A stretch of DNA of 63,662 bases, the filler included, from Asterionella formosa (taxonomy: Eukaryota), in NCBI GenBank assembly GCA_002256025.1. It is 11 parts of 11 records of this genome, joined end to end, with 100 filler letters (N's around TTAATTAATTAA, not from the genome) between each part and the next. Parts side by side here need not be neighbours in the genome. Positions count along the whole stretch, not along the records: positions 1 to 24,648 come from NKIB01002195.1; 10 more parts are not named here. The stretch is one strand, 5' to 3'. The position numbers were made by a program, and so were the translations under genes. The notes below the pieces were generated by a model. The model was given only the letters and a program-made list of their open reading frames with translations, had not been told where the DNA came from and ran no database searches. Below, piece after piece: positions 1 through 12,140 of this stretch (its first letter is position 1; each line of letters opens with the position of its first letter).

Positions 1-2688
1 ATGCTTCCCGGAAAATCTACAAGATACAGACAATGGTCAATTGTTTTCTGGTACAGAGAAGGAGGAACGATTCAGAAAAATTATCAAGAGGTTGCTACAT
101 GGACACGAAGGCGATATGATCTATGATAGGTGCAGGTTGTTGAGGGGAGCCTTGTCATTAACAAAGGTGAGCTACAATATTATGACTTCACCGGTATGTT
201 TCATGGCTGTCGTTCGATTTTCGCAACACTTGGTACCCAGTAGCAGGGTACCGGTACCCTGGTACATCATTCCCACGGGTCTCACACATATTACCTGGTA
301 CCGGGAACGTAGTCGTAAAAAATTAAACTCCCAGTTAAACCCGTAGTGGAAGCTAGCACTAGTACTTTACTGCTACTCCAGGATAGTGCACAAAGCTATT
401 CTTGGCGACAATACCGGTTGTGGTACAAGGTACCAGTACCTAGTACAGGCGCCCATTTGCTCGTATCGATTGGTGTTGAGGGGAACCTTATCGTGAATAA
501 AGGTGAACTACAATATTATGACTATTCCATTGTTGTTCCAAGTACATCGTTGTTAGCACTCACGCATGTACCTAATCTGGTGGCTGCGCCGGTATGGTTC
601 GTACGGCGCATGTATGGAGCATCATATCCAGATATTAAAACCAGGTACCGTTCCAGGGTACGTGTATGCGGGAATAGACCATTTTATGTATTTAGAGTAC
701 CTAGTACTTAATATGGAGTCACCACGAGTACATATACTATAGCACTATATTACAGTAAATAGAGGACCAAGTCTTTTATTGTAGGGGTGTGTGTATATGT
801 CTAATATACATATACCCGAAATGAAGTGAAAACAATAAATTTATAGCTAATGAAAAATAGTGGAAAAAAATGTAGCTACAGTTGTATGATCTAAACACAC
901 ATACTAGCTGTGTATGACCACCAGTGTGATGATCATCAGATATCCTCAATTGATTGGCAATCTAATCTGTGGCACTGTTCTATCTGGAATATATACCTCA
1001 TACATTTTGTCAATTTGCAATGTGGCAGTGAAAAAAAACGCAGCTCAAAGTAGGGCAGTCATCATATCCCACACAACGCTTTGCCAAGCAACAATACTCC
1101 ACCTTTCTTACTATATCCTGCTCAACCCTTGTAAAATTTTCAGCAACCTTACAAACCTAATTCTAAATTTTTGCATTCCTACCACAGAACAAATACTTTT
1201 TGGTGTAACAGAAAGACTACAATACTGACAGAATTGCTTTCTCCCTCCTACCTCTTTGACACACATCCTGCATCATTTCTGTTGGTTCATCAACTTGTTA
1301 ATTGTTGAAAACTTCTTCAAACACCACATTTGAGGCATTTCTGGACTCTCAATCATCATTCTGCATACTTGTCACTCCTGCTACCACCAATAACTAGTAG
1401 TCAGGAGTCAACACTCCTTCAAGATGAGAGTCGACTGGCTGATGTCATCCACCTTAGCTAGTTTCAAAACTAGGCGACACTGCATCTCGATCTGCTGGGA
1501 GTACAACCCAAGTATATAGTTCCAAAAACAAACTGGCAGCTCATACTTCCCTCCTTCACCTGCTGTTGGTGTCCCATCAGTCACACCTTCCTCTCCTTAC
1601 CGCTGCTGCATGCCGAAATACCGAGTACCTGGTACATGAATGAGGATGGGGTTTAATTTGTGTATACGACCGGTACCAGGTACCAGGTACTACAGTGTAC
1701 CGGTAATAGCTAATTTTATGTACTCGTACAGTGTATATTCCTACGATGATCGTGCGTACAGTTATGGTTTAATTAAACCAAAAAATTAAACCCCCAGTTA
1801 AACCGGGTTTAATTTTTCTAGTGGCAAATACTGTTGTAACACGGTGCTTCCACTAGTATTTTCAGATCAATACCGCGCCAGTATTAAAATGACCCAGTAG
1901 ACACATACCAGAGGCCTACGGGAAAATACAACTTGGGTTTAATTTTACCAATTACGGTACGGTACCTGGTGGACCAGCTATTTGGAACGGAGTACCGGTA
2001 ACTGGTACCAGGTACCCTGATACCTACCTGTAGAACCAGCAGTATACCGGTACTGGTACTTACTATGTATTGCCCGAACAATATATACCGGTACCTGGTA
2101 CCAGCACCTGATACCGCTACATATGTGCAGATGACGACAAATGATTCACAGGATCAAACAAACAAGCGTTTTGTTCAAGCGTCCTCTTTTCTTGATAGTA
2201 CAATTTTTGGGGAGACAAAACTCCCCATTTTTCTGCCCTGATTAAGAAGCAGACTGAAGTCCATTTATCAGCCATCAATCACGACCGTGCATGCATGATC
2301 AGCTGCGATCATTTAATATATGTACATGCCATAGTATGCATTATGCATGATTTGTATTCTTGTTATTAGCTACCACTGTATATATTCCTACCTGGTGTAT
2401 AATGTACTCCCTCACCATCATCACGTGACGAAATCGGCACTCATCAGCGTGCAATGACAAAATCACCATACCGGTATGTAAACGTACCTGGTACCTGGTA
2501 CAGGCTGGGACTGCCATCGTTTTGACATGGATCTTATACCGGTACCGGTACCCGGTAGATGATTTGTTTCGTTGGCTGGCTTCATTTGCTCACCATACAC
2601 GCTCGATACACAGATTTTCGTCATATGTCATTACAGTCGTACTGGTATTCTCATTTTAACGACAACATCTGTCTGACATTGCTATTGG

Positions 2689-3845
2689 ATGTATTTCATC
2701 GCCCCGCTTCATGCCTGGTGCCTCCTTCTTTTCCTTGCAGGGGCCGTCGCGAACCTCTCGGAAGTAGATGCCTACGTTCCGATAGCTCGATCGGTTCTTC
2801 GGCCTCGGCAAAATTTTCTCAAGCCACCCCCTCGGAATCCACTACTGGAATATGCGTTGCGGCCAGGCAAGGGAGAATCCAGGAATCTTTTACGAGAAGT
2901 AGTTAGCCGACTAGCTCCTCTGCAAATACGAGCAGGGGAAATCATCACTGGATCGCCCAACGCGTCTCGAAAGCTTGTATTGTCCAAACAGTTCTTGCGT
3001 GAGCTGTTTGCTGAGTTCATTGGAACCTTCATCATCGTTTCATTAGGAACAGGTAGTGTTATGAGTGATATCTTTGGTGGCACTCTCCAAGGTCTCTTTC
3101 AGGTTGCGGCTGTTTGGATCATTGCAGTCTCTCTGGCTATTTCTACAACAGGACACATTTCTGGGGCACATTTGAATCCTTCAATCTCGATTGCGTTTGC
3201 TATGTTTCGACCCTGTTCGCAATTTGGATGGTCCAAGGTCCTTCCGTATGTATTTGCACAAACTGCGGGGGCAACATTAGCATCGTTTGTAAATCTTGTC
3301 ATGTATGGACCCTTGATCAGGGTGTTTGAGGAATCCCATGGCATTATTCGTGGAACAGTAGAAAGTGTCGCATCTGCCAGGGCCTTCGGAGAATATTTCC
3401 TGTACGTTTTCATAGTTTCTGCTGGCATTTGCCTTCTTGAACCATGCTCAAGCGAAGACTACGCCCTTACACTCTTTTTTCTAATTCTCCATTTAGGCAT
3501 CCAATTTCCACTTTGGGTGCCTTCATAGCGGAAGCCTTTGGTACAGCCGTTTTGGCATTTGCGATTTTTGCGTTAACTCATCGCTGCAACGGAAATGAGC
3601 AAAAGAAGGTGTTGGTTCCTCCCCTTATTGGCGCTTGTGTTGGTGCATTAATCGTTCTTATTGCCCCACTGACACAAGCCGGATTTAATCCAGCTCGTGA
3701 TTTTGGTCCTCGAATTGTTGCATATCTTGCGGGTTGGGGAAACATTGCATTCAAGGGTTGGTGGGTGTATGTTCTCGCTCCCATTGTGGGGGCACCAATT
3801 GGTGCGTTTATAGCGGATAAGGTACTTCATTCAGGAGTCCCCTGA
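2689..3845 (+). CDS. Aquaglyceroporin (MIP family) paralogue 1; exons 2689-3401 and 3497-3845; N-terminal signal peptide plus transit-like extension
   Basis: Motifs AEFIGT, SGAHLNPS and GFNPARDFGPR (the D after NPAR is the glyceroporin signature). GT-AG intron 3402-3496 joins two ORFs in frame (..GEYFL/HPISTLG..). Confidence 0.93.
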
Positions 3846-4816
3846 GATGGCGCTTATGTTACCATGGTGACATATGTATGGAGGTAAATCCCCAATGTTC
3901 CGTTAAGAACCTTTAATCTCAAATCTACCAACAGAACTGGTGTAGGATATTTGATGTCTTGGCATCAACATCAATATTATAGGGGTATGCATCAGCCACA
4001 AAATAAATTGGTTTCTTACAAATCATACAATGTGCTCCCCAATATTTATACATAACAAAGAAAACCCCAACCGTCGGATCGAGCTTGATGAAGATTGGCC
4101 GAGTCCTGTTTTGAGAGCATTCAGAAGTACTCGAAAGGTATAACGGTAATTTACAGGAATCGGTGTGATTCTACAAAAAAATTATTTTTGTTGATTCATT
4201 TGTGTCAGATCGCTTTGTCTACAATACCACAAAACTTATTCTAGCAATCCTTCTTTTTGATTCGGTCTTGTTCCCACATACGAAAGTATCTGGATATTTC
4301 ATTCGTGCCTATCATACATATTACTACGGGGTAAATACCGGTAGCTGCAATCTACTTTTTCGTAGTCGGTACCTGGTACCAGCTAACCCTTCACATATAT
4401 CATTCACACGACGGACATCACCATCAGCAAATGGTATTACTGTCTGCAGTTCAGACCACCCCGGTTTTTTTTTCGGTTTAAGACTACCTGGGTATGTCAA
4501 GTGTCTTTATTCACACACCACTTTGCTCATGATGAAAACACTCTCTACCCGATATGATCATGTATTTGTGTAACACATTATATTGAGACACCATTCGTGT
4601 GCATGACGAATGAAAAGATGTGATACATATGGCTCACAAAGTGATGGAAGTAGATATCCGACAGTACCTTCTAGTCATAAATTTGATGCGTTTTATTGTC
4701 ACCCTTCGTGCTTCGCAACTACATCTTTCGTTGAAGTTCCCATCAATAAACTATACTAAGCGGAGACATACATTCTGGTAGGTCGAACAATTCTTTGGTA
4801 CCTTCAAAATTCTTCA

Positions 4817-5885
4817 ATGCCAATTCCTGAGATACTTTCAATCAACAATGAAACAAATCCTGACGAGGGAGGATCCAAGTGCCAGTTAAGTGACCAAAGC
4901 AACCATAGTCGAGTAATTACTCTGCAATCAGATGAAATGACAAGTGGAACGCCTAGCAAGTATCAAAACTTTGTTTTGTCCAAACAATTCTTTCGTGAGG
5001 TGTTTGCTGAGTTCGTTGGCACTTTCATACTCGTTTCCTTAGGAACTGGGAGTACAATGAGCGACATCTATGGTGGGGCACTTGAGGGTCTTTTCCAAAA
5101 TGCATCCATTTGGGGCATTGCAGTCACTTTGGCTATTTCTACAACCGGACACATCTCGGGAGCACACTTGAATCCCGCTATCTCGATTGCTTTCGCTATG
5201 TTCCGACCTTGCCCTCAATTTGGATGGTTCAAGGTTCTACCATACATAGTTGCACAAACTGCGGGGGCAATATTAGCCTCGTTTGTAAATCTCCTCATGT
5301 ATGGATCATTGATCCAGGAATTTGAGGATTCCCATGGCATTATCCGTGGGTCAGCAGAAAGTGTCGCATCTGCACTAGCTTTTGGAGAGTATTTTTTGTA
5401 CGTTTGTGACTCTTCGTTGCATTGTGATGATCCAACTTCCAGTATTTCAGAAACATAATTCTCATCTTTTCCAATTCTCCATTAATAGACCACCGATTTC
5501 CACTCTGATTGCCTTCGTGGCGGAAGCTTTTGGTACGGCTATTTTGGCATTTGTCGTTTTTGCGTTAACCCATCTCTGCAATGGTGATGATCAAAAGAAA
5601 CTGTTAGTTCCTCCCCTTGTTGGTGCCTGTGTTGCTGCAGTAATCGTTGTGATTGCCCCGCTAACGCAATGCGGCATCAATCCTGCTCGTGATTTTGGTC
5701 CTCGAATTGTTGCATATCTTGCTGGTTGGGGGAACATTGCATTTCGGGGTTGGTGGGTTTACGTTTTTGCTCCTATTTTGGGAGCACCAATTGGTGCGTT
5801 TGTCGCTGACAAGCTACTGTATTCAATGGACCCCGAAACGACAGAAGAGCTACCATGCCCAGAATGTTCAGTCGGAATGATCTGA
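4817..5885 (+). CDS. Aquaglyceroporin (MIP family) paralogue 2; exons 4817-5397 and 5489-5885
   Basis: Motifs AEFVGT, SGAHLNPA and GINPARDFGPR. Intron 5398-5488 sits at the same codon position as in paralogue 1. Confidence 0.93.
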
Positions 5886-5930
5886 AAACTTCGTCTAGAA
5901 ACCTATATTTGTGTACCCAGACATCATATG

Positions 5931-7807
5931 TTATAGCTCTAGTTCTTGCTGGTTGTAGACATATAGAAATGCATTGCTAAATTGCGGAAGGTTCATGCTG
6001 TAAACTGGCAGAGCCAGTGGCTGTCGAAACGGGTTGATACAGAGGCTATTTCGAGCATGGCTCCCACCTACACTTGCACAATGCATACCACTGTGCTCGT
6101 TGTAGTCAGTGAATACACCCACAATTCCTGTATTACGATGCAGAAAAGTAACGACGCTCCTCCAAGATTCGTAGGCAAACAAACCAGCGTTTAGGCCAAT
6201 GACCATGTCAGGTGGACCACTGCCGCAATCAAAATTTGGGTTGAGGTCGTCACCGTATGTACCGCAAGCGATAATCAATGTCAGGTTGGTTGTTAGATGC
6301 ACTTTCATGCAGGCATCGCCTCGACAATTTAGAGGGAGCATGTCATCTCTCACAACGAAAACCAATTCAACCTGTGTCATGAAAATGCATTTATTAGATG
6401 CTGATGGCGAACCTTTGATGACGCGATTCAATCAGATCTACATACCTTGGTGTCTTCAGGCAAGAGCAAGCCGATCTCCTTGAATAAATCTATGAAATTC
6501 AGTTCCTTTTCTATTCCAACAATGTGCACTCTGATGACTCGCTTCAGCATTCTGGCCACCATTACGGGCACTTCACCATACTCAACTATGGCATGATAAA
6601 TTGTCAAAGGAAATGACAGGAGGAGGGCACATGGGCTTGAGAGCGGAATCCCTCGCAACTCGTAGTATTCCTTCCATGAAGGCAACGTCAAGAGTCCACA
6701 AGAATTACGTGGGAGTTCGAATTTATTGATTTCGGTATCAGTAACGCGTCGCTCGGGAGGGATCTCTCTAATCGGGTTGAATCCATCTTGAAAGGACAAT
6801 CGAGTTCTAATTTCAACCGTCTTTGCACTGAAACTATTTCCACCAGCCCAGCCATCCCCTTCTGTTCTCCACCAAGAGGCCTTTCCTAGATCGATCCCTA
6901 CATTTTCGTGCAAGAACTTCCTGTACGGATGATCTGATATTTGGCAGTCCCTGCCAAGCAGTTGTTTGTGCCAGTCGCCAAATGGAAAAGTAGAAAGTAC
7001 ATCACGTCGATCCGTATACAGCTTCCAAGTAGCGCAGATGCAGTCATGTGACCAACCTAACTGTCTGCATCCTCGAGGTGCACTGCAAAAGTATGCCCCG
7101 TAGCATCCCTGGCAAAGTGACTCGGTCGGTCCCCTGCAATGGAGGCACAAGGAACTTTTGGCGACAAAGAGGCTCAGATTAGTTTGGTCTTGTACTGATT
7201 CTTGGATGACATTTTTAGTCGTATCAACACTCGCAGCATTTATAGATCGGTCACTGTTGTCAGAAGACACACTGCTGTCGCTCTCGCCTCCGTCGATCGT
7301 TGGTTTATCTACATCCATGACGGCTGCGAACTGTGCCAACACAACGGCGTCATGGTAGTTCTGTTGCGATGCAGTAGCCAGCCACTCTGGAATGAGATCT
7401 GTAGACTCAATATCTCCGGCTAGCTCTACTTGGACCTGTTCCCTTAAATCAGGACTGCCACATGCAGCTCCTTGGATCTCCCCCAAGGTCAAGTCCACAA
7501 AGCCAAAACTACCCTTGGATCGAAACATTATGACATGACCCAGCAATCGAATAGACAAGAGCCCACAAGCCATTGCCAACCTCGTGGCTCTTGTATTTTT
7601 CTCCATAGAAATGGTCGATGAATACGCATATAGGCCAGCAGCATCGCTAGTAGGTCTAATCAAAAGAGTAAGGTTGATGGAACGACCTATCAAATCATTG
7701 GCAACCGTTTCCAGTTCTTTCTGGCCGTTTTCCATGAGCAAGCATTGAATAGCTTGTGTTTCATCTGAAGGAATTACAATGTAGTAAAAGCATGTAGATG
7801 GCGGCAT
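5931..7807 (-). CDS. MYND zinc-finger / MSS51-like protein; exons 7807-6446 and 6371-5931
   Basis: MYND-type Cys/His pattern (CLHC..CQGC..YFC..CRQLGWSHDC). MSS51-C-like motifs SFPLTIY, VHIVGIEKE, PDMVIGLNAGL, FTDY, NPFRQP. Intron 6445-6372 (GTATGT..CAG). Confidence 0.8.
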
Positions 7808-8284
7808 TGTGCGTATCTAATGATAAAGTTTTGTGAAGGGCCATGCTGTTGACTGAAATGTGATTTGTATCATCTGGTGTGTGATGAGGTCAGTTATTTT
7901 TACCACCGGTTCAGTATATGGTACCAGGTAGTTGAAGTACCTGGTATCTGGTTTTGGTACCAGGGTACCTTGTACTACCGGTACCTGGTAGCGTGCCGGT
8001 ACGATAAGTGTTATGGTTTGCTTCTCCTACATAGCTTTCGTGTGCGATCATTTTGCTTAAATAAACATTTTAATCTTAGATAAAGATATCTAAATCCTTA
8101 GTTTCAGCAAAATTACCGCAACTTGCAGGTTCATACACTAAAATGAAATAATCTCCTTCTTTGTTTCGAAAGGTTTTGACACACCCGCACCGCCCCGTCA
8201 ACACCTTTTCTAAATCATCCTTGTCAGCATCAGCTGTCGTATATCTGTCCTCGGTATCAACAGAAGGTCAAGCGCGTCCCAGAA

Positions 8285-9165
8285 ATGTGGTTACCAGAAC
8301 GATGGATTGAAGCGTCATGGTCGATTCGATTCCTTTGTTTTGTAGGGGGCGCTTGTATTTTGTCCATGGCAGTGTTGTTACTCATTCCCATCCTTTGGCC
8401 TCCGATTATTTCCTACCCTTGGCAGTTTACAAACACTGCAAAGGAACGTCGGCAAGTAGTGGTGCTTGCGGGATCGTTCAATCCACCACATAATGGACAT
8501 CTTGCGATGCTGCAGTATCTGTCCAAAAGGTGAGTGTTCGGTGATTATTAGTGTATATAGTGAGTTTGCAATTAGCATGGAGGTTTGGATTAATCCTTGA
8601 GTATGTGCACTTATTGTGTTATTCAAATGATCTATGTAGGTATGGTCATGTGATAGCAATAGTTGGCATGAATCCACAAAAGAAGTATCTGGTGTCTCCA
8701 AAGGAGCGAGCTGAATTGCTCCGGGAGATGCTCAAGGAACATCCCGATACGGCAAACGTTCGAGTGGAAGGTACGATTTGTCACACTTATATATATCACA
8801 TGCATTCAAACATCATTCCTTGGTCTCACCACTATTGCTTAGTTGTTTCTGGGCTCATTTGGCGATTTGCTAAGCAACACGGTGCTACAGTCTTTTTCCG
8901 GGGTATTCGTTCTTGGAAGAAGGACGGAAGAGAAGAACGAAGTCTTCAAATCCTCAACACTTGGGGACCTCTTGTGTTGGGTCCAACATGGCCTCTGCCT
9001 ACCATGTATTTGGAGGGAAATCCAGAATTCAATCACATTTCGTCAACCTTAATTCGCAACCTTTGTCAAGGAGAAGGTTCACCTCCCAATGAGGCACTCT
9101 CTAAGTTGGTTCCTTTTTCGGTTGTTGACACTGTGGCCAATCTTTACAGTCGAAAAGAAAAGTGA
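8285..9165 (+). CDS. coaD: Phosphopantetheine adenylyltransferase, bacterial CoaD type, with N-terminal hydrophobic anchor; introns 8530-8639 and 8771-8842
   Basis: AGSFNPPHNGH (HxGH), NPQKK..ER, FFRGIR and ISSTLIR match CoaD motifs in order. The two GT-AG introns keep the frame. Confidence 0.78.
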
Positions 9166-9982
9166 TGAAACTCATTTCATTTTATTCAATTGGTGAAGGT
9201 TGTCCGTTTCTTGGATTGCTGACCTTTCTCTTGATATTCCTTTTTGCTTCTACTCAGTGTCACTGAATAAGGTGTTTTGGGGTAGGGACTAATCCATCAC
9301 ACAACCAGAGGAGCATACATTACCAAACAAGTTGCCTTGAAGCTGCTTTATTTACCAAGTGCAAGTTATTTTATGATTCAATGCCTTTTCATTAGAAAGT
9401 CAAGTGGAAAGTGTTGAAGCTCGGAGAAATAAATCAAAAAATGAGGAAGGGTTGAGAACACACCTATACTGTGATCAATGAACCAGGTATCAAGTGCAGC
9501 TGGCGATATCAATTAGCAGTGTAGCTACCTGGGAGTACCAGGTAAAGGTCTTGGAGTTTGTTGCCAGCGAGCTAGAAGGAGTGTTCTGGTATTTTATGTA
9601 TGTATTCCGGTAAAGTATTAGGTACCGGTAGTCGGAAGCCCCCAGGCAGACGAGAGTCGCGCGATTGCACCATCTTTATGTACTCCTACCGGTATGTTTA
9701 CACCGTAATATTCATTACTACCGGTAGACTACCAGGTGCTGGGTACTAGGTCCCGTTACTGGAACCTTCTCGCAGTCTTCCCGTTGGCCGATCCTCTCAT
9801 CGTTGAACCATTTTATTTTAGGGATCTATGCCGCATGACGGTATAAGTACTTGTCTACATGTAGTAGCTACGACATTCCGGGGCTTGTTTTGTATCAATA
9901 CATGCAGTACGCTGGTTTCTCATATTTATTGTGCGGTAATGATATAAAAATCCGCATCACCCTTCATTCGGCTGTGACGACC

Positions 9983-11152
9983 ATGACAGCCAGAAGATTC
10001 TGCCTTCGCCTCGTTGCCGGACTCTCTGTCAGCACTTTCTCTGTGGCTTTCTCCGCTAGCCGATTCCATAGCTCCTCTCGTTCTCATCTGTGCCGATCGG
10101 CAACAACAACCAATTACGACAAGGATGAGGTTTCCAAAACAAAACCTCCTCCTCGCCTTTTGCACCCTCGCAATTCCTTCCGGGGATTCTATGATATGGA
10201 AGCTCTCTCCAAGGCATACCCCCCACTTACCCCTCACATTGTTGACTGCAACAAAACAAATCGCCCAACGATTGCCTTTTCGGACCATGCAGCCGTGTTG
10301 GCACTAAATACCGCACTTCTCGTAGCTGACTATGACCTTTCGCCGGATTGGGCAACGCTCCTGCCGAAGGAATCTCTGGTGCCTCCCATACCCGGTCGGG
10401 CCGACTACATTCATCACATTGCGGATTTGCTCGCCAATGAGGATGGAGTTCCGCCATCTGGACAACATGTCAAGGGCTTGGATGTTGGAGTTGGGGCAAG
10501 TTGTGTTTATCCCCTACTTGGCCATGCTTCTTACGGATGGTCCTTCATTGGAAGCGATGTAGTATCGCAGTCTATACAAGTGGCAAAGAGTATCGTTAAT
10601 TCGAATAAGCTTGAGGGATTCATTGAAATACTGCACCAAACAGATGCTTCCAAGATATTGATGGGAGTCATGGAAAAATCGATTGCACTGGACTTCGTCA
10701 TGTGCAACCCTCCATTTTATGGAAGTGCTGCAGAGTTTCAGAGAGAAAGTCGCAGAAAGGTATCAAACCTTGCTATGAATGTCAAGAGCCGAGAATCACC
10801 TATCCCAGCAGCAGAGCCTGACATCTGCAATAGTGATGAAGGATCGAACAACTTTGGTGGTGCTGGTTCTGAGCTATGGTGCAATGGAGGGGAGCTTGCG
10901 TTTGTGACTAAAATGGTTCAAGAAAGTAGGGAGTTTAGGCGTTCATGTCTTTGGTTCACAGCCCTAGTTTCAAGGAAATACAATGTTCCAGAGATTGAGA
11001 AAGAGCTGATACGAGAGAAGAAAGTCAAGGGTGGCATTCGAAAAATAAAACTCATTCCCATGGGCCCTGGCTTGAAGAGTTCGACAATTGTTTGTTGGTC
11101 GTTTTTGGATGACGAGGAACGGAAGGGATGGGCGTCACGGCGACGTAGTTAA
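9983..11152 (+). CDS. rlmF: RlmF-type 23S rRNA m6A methyltransferase (RlmF/METTL16 family) with probable bipartite targeting peptide
   Basis: LHPRN, PPIPGRADYIHHIADLL, LDVGVGASCVYPLLG, MCNPPFY, NFGG..ELWCNGGE, WFTALVSR. Likely ATG at 9983. No intron needed. Confidence 0.88.
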   Translation: MTARRFCLRLVAGLSVSTFSVAFSASRFHSSSRSHLCRSATTTNYDKDEVSKTKPPPRLLHPRNSFRGFYDMEALSKAYPPLTPHIVDCNKTNRPTIAFSDHAAVLALNTALLVADYDLSPDWATLLPKESLVPPIPGRADYIHHIADLLANEDGVPPSGQHVKGLDVGVGASCVYPLLGHASYGWSFIGSDVVSQSIQVAKSIVNSNKLEGFIEILHQTDASKILMGVMEKSIALDFVMCNPPFYGSAAEFQRESRRKVSNLAMNVKSRESPIPAAEPDICNSDEGSNNFGGAGSELWCNGGELAFVTKMVQESREFRRSCLWFTALVSRKYNVPEIEKELIREKKVKGGIRKIKLIPMGPGLKSSTIVCWSFLDDEERKGWASRRRS

Positions 11153-11495
11153 TGCCCGCTAATCTATTGAACCACATTTTAAGAACGTTTTACTCTACAG
11201 TCAGTGATATGTATTACTGCAACATGTTGGACTCTGATTGGTTGACACGTGTTGCGGTGATGCTATGTTTATGATCTCATTGTAACGTACAAGATCCAAA
11301 GTTGTTATAGACTTTCGGCAAAACCCAGTCTTCACAACGGCGTCGTCAAGGTACAGGTTCCGACGTGTGTGCACCAGCCTACCGGTATTCGCCAAGGACA
11401 AAGAATACCGGAAACCTTCCGGCAGTTCTGAAAGTATTTGCTACTTTTGCTACATTAGGAAATCTGAATCAATTCAGTGAAACATCATCTTATAT

Positions 11496-12140
11496 TTAGT
11501 TTGATGGCGTTTCATCTACAGGCATAATCTCATTTGTAGGGGTTACCGTTCGTTGCTTCTTGGCAGAGACACCAGTGCTGCCAAAGCCGGCAGCGCCACG
11601 CTCCGTATTGTCGAGATCCTCCACTTCAACGGCAGGAACCATACTAACTTGTTCTAGAATCATTTGAGCGATGCGATCCCCCTTTTTAATGTCAAAGTCT
11701 GATTCTCCAAAGTTAAAGAGAATGACTCCAACTGGGCCCGTGTAGTCGGCATCAATGACACCAGCACCAACATCGATGCCAAACTTGAACGCGAGACCCG
11801 ATCGAGGAGCAATACGAGCATATGTTCCAGGAGGGCATGCTACAGCAATGTCAGTCTTAACCATTGCTCGGCCTCCTGCTCGAATCGTTATGTCATGAGC
11901 GCTAGCAAGATCAAAGCCGGCAGCAAGATCAGAACCCTTCTTGGGCATGGTGGCATTTTCACTGAGGAGTTTGACCTTAAGAGGAATTTCGTCTAACATG
12001 ATACTGCTGAAAAGGGCAAAGCTTGAAAGAAGAGTGCGAGCAAGGAAGGTTGGAGCGACAATGGTGCTTGTTGATGCGAGGATGAATCGACGACGAAGCA
12101 AAGTGTGCCGGAGAAATGAATTATATGAAAGTGGCCACAT
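11496..12140 (-). CDS. DUT: Homotrimeric dUTP pyrophosphatase; alternative starts at 12140 and 11999
   Basis: All five dUTPase motifs present: [37 protein letters not shown]. Confidence 0.96.
   Translation of the reverse strand: MWPLSYNSFLRHTLLRRRFILASTSTIVAPTFLARTLLSSFALFSSIMLDEIPLKVKLLSENATMPKKGSDLAAGFDLASAHDITIRAGGRAMVKTDIAVACPPGTYARIAPRSGLAFKFGIDVGAGVIDADYTGPVGVILFNFGESDFDIKKGDRIAQMILEQVSMVPAVEVEDLDNTERGAAGFGSTGVSAKKQRTVTPTNEIMPVDETPSN

Noticed and set aside
8285..12140. Bacterial contaminant or operon (coaD, rlmF, dut)
   Set aside because: coaD has spliceosomal introns, the genes have eukaryotic targeting extensions, and flanks carry the same intergenic motifs as host genes.
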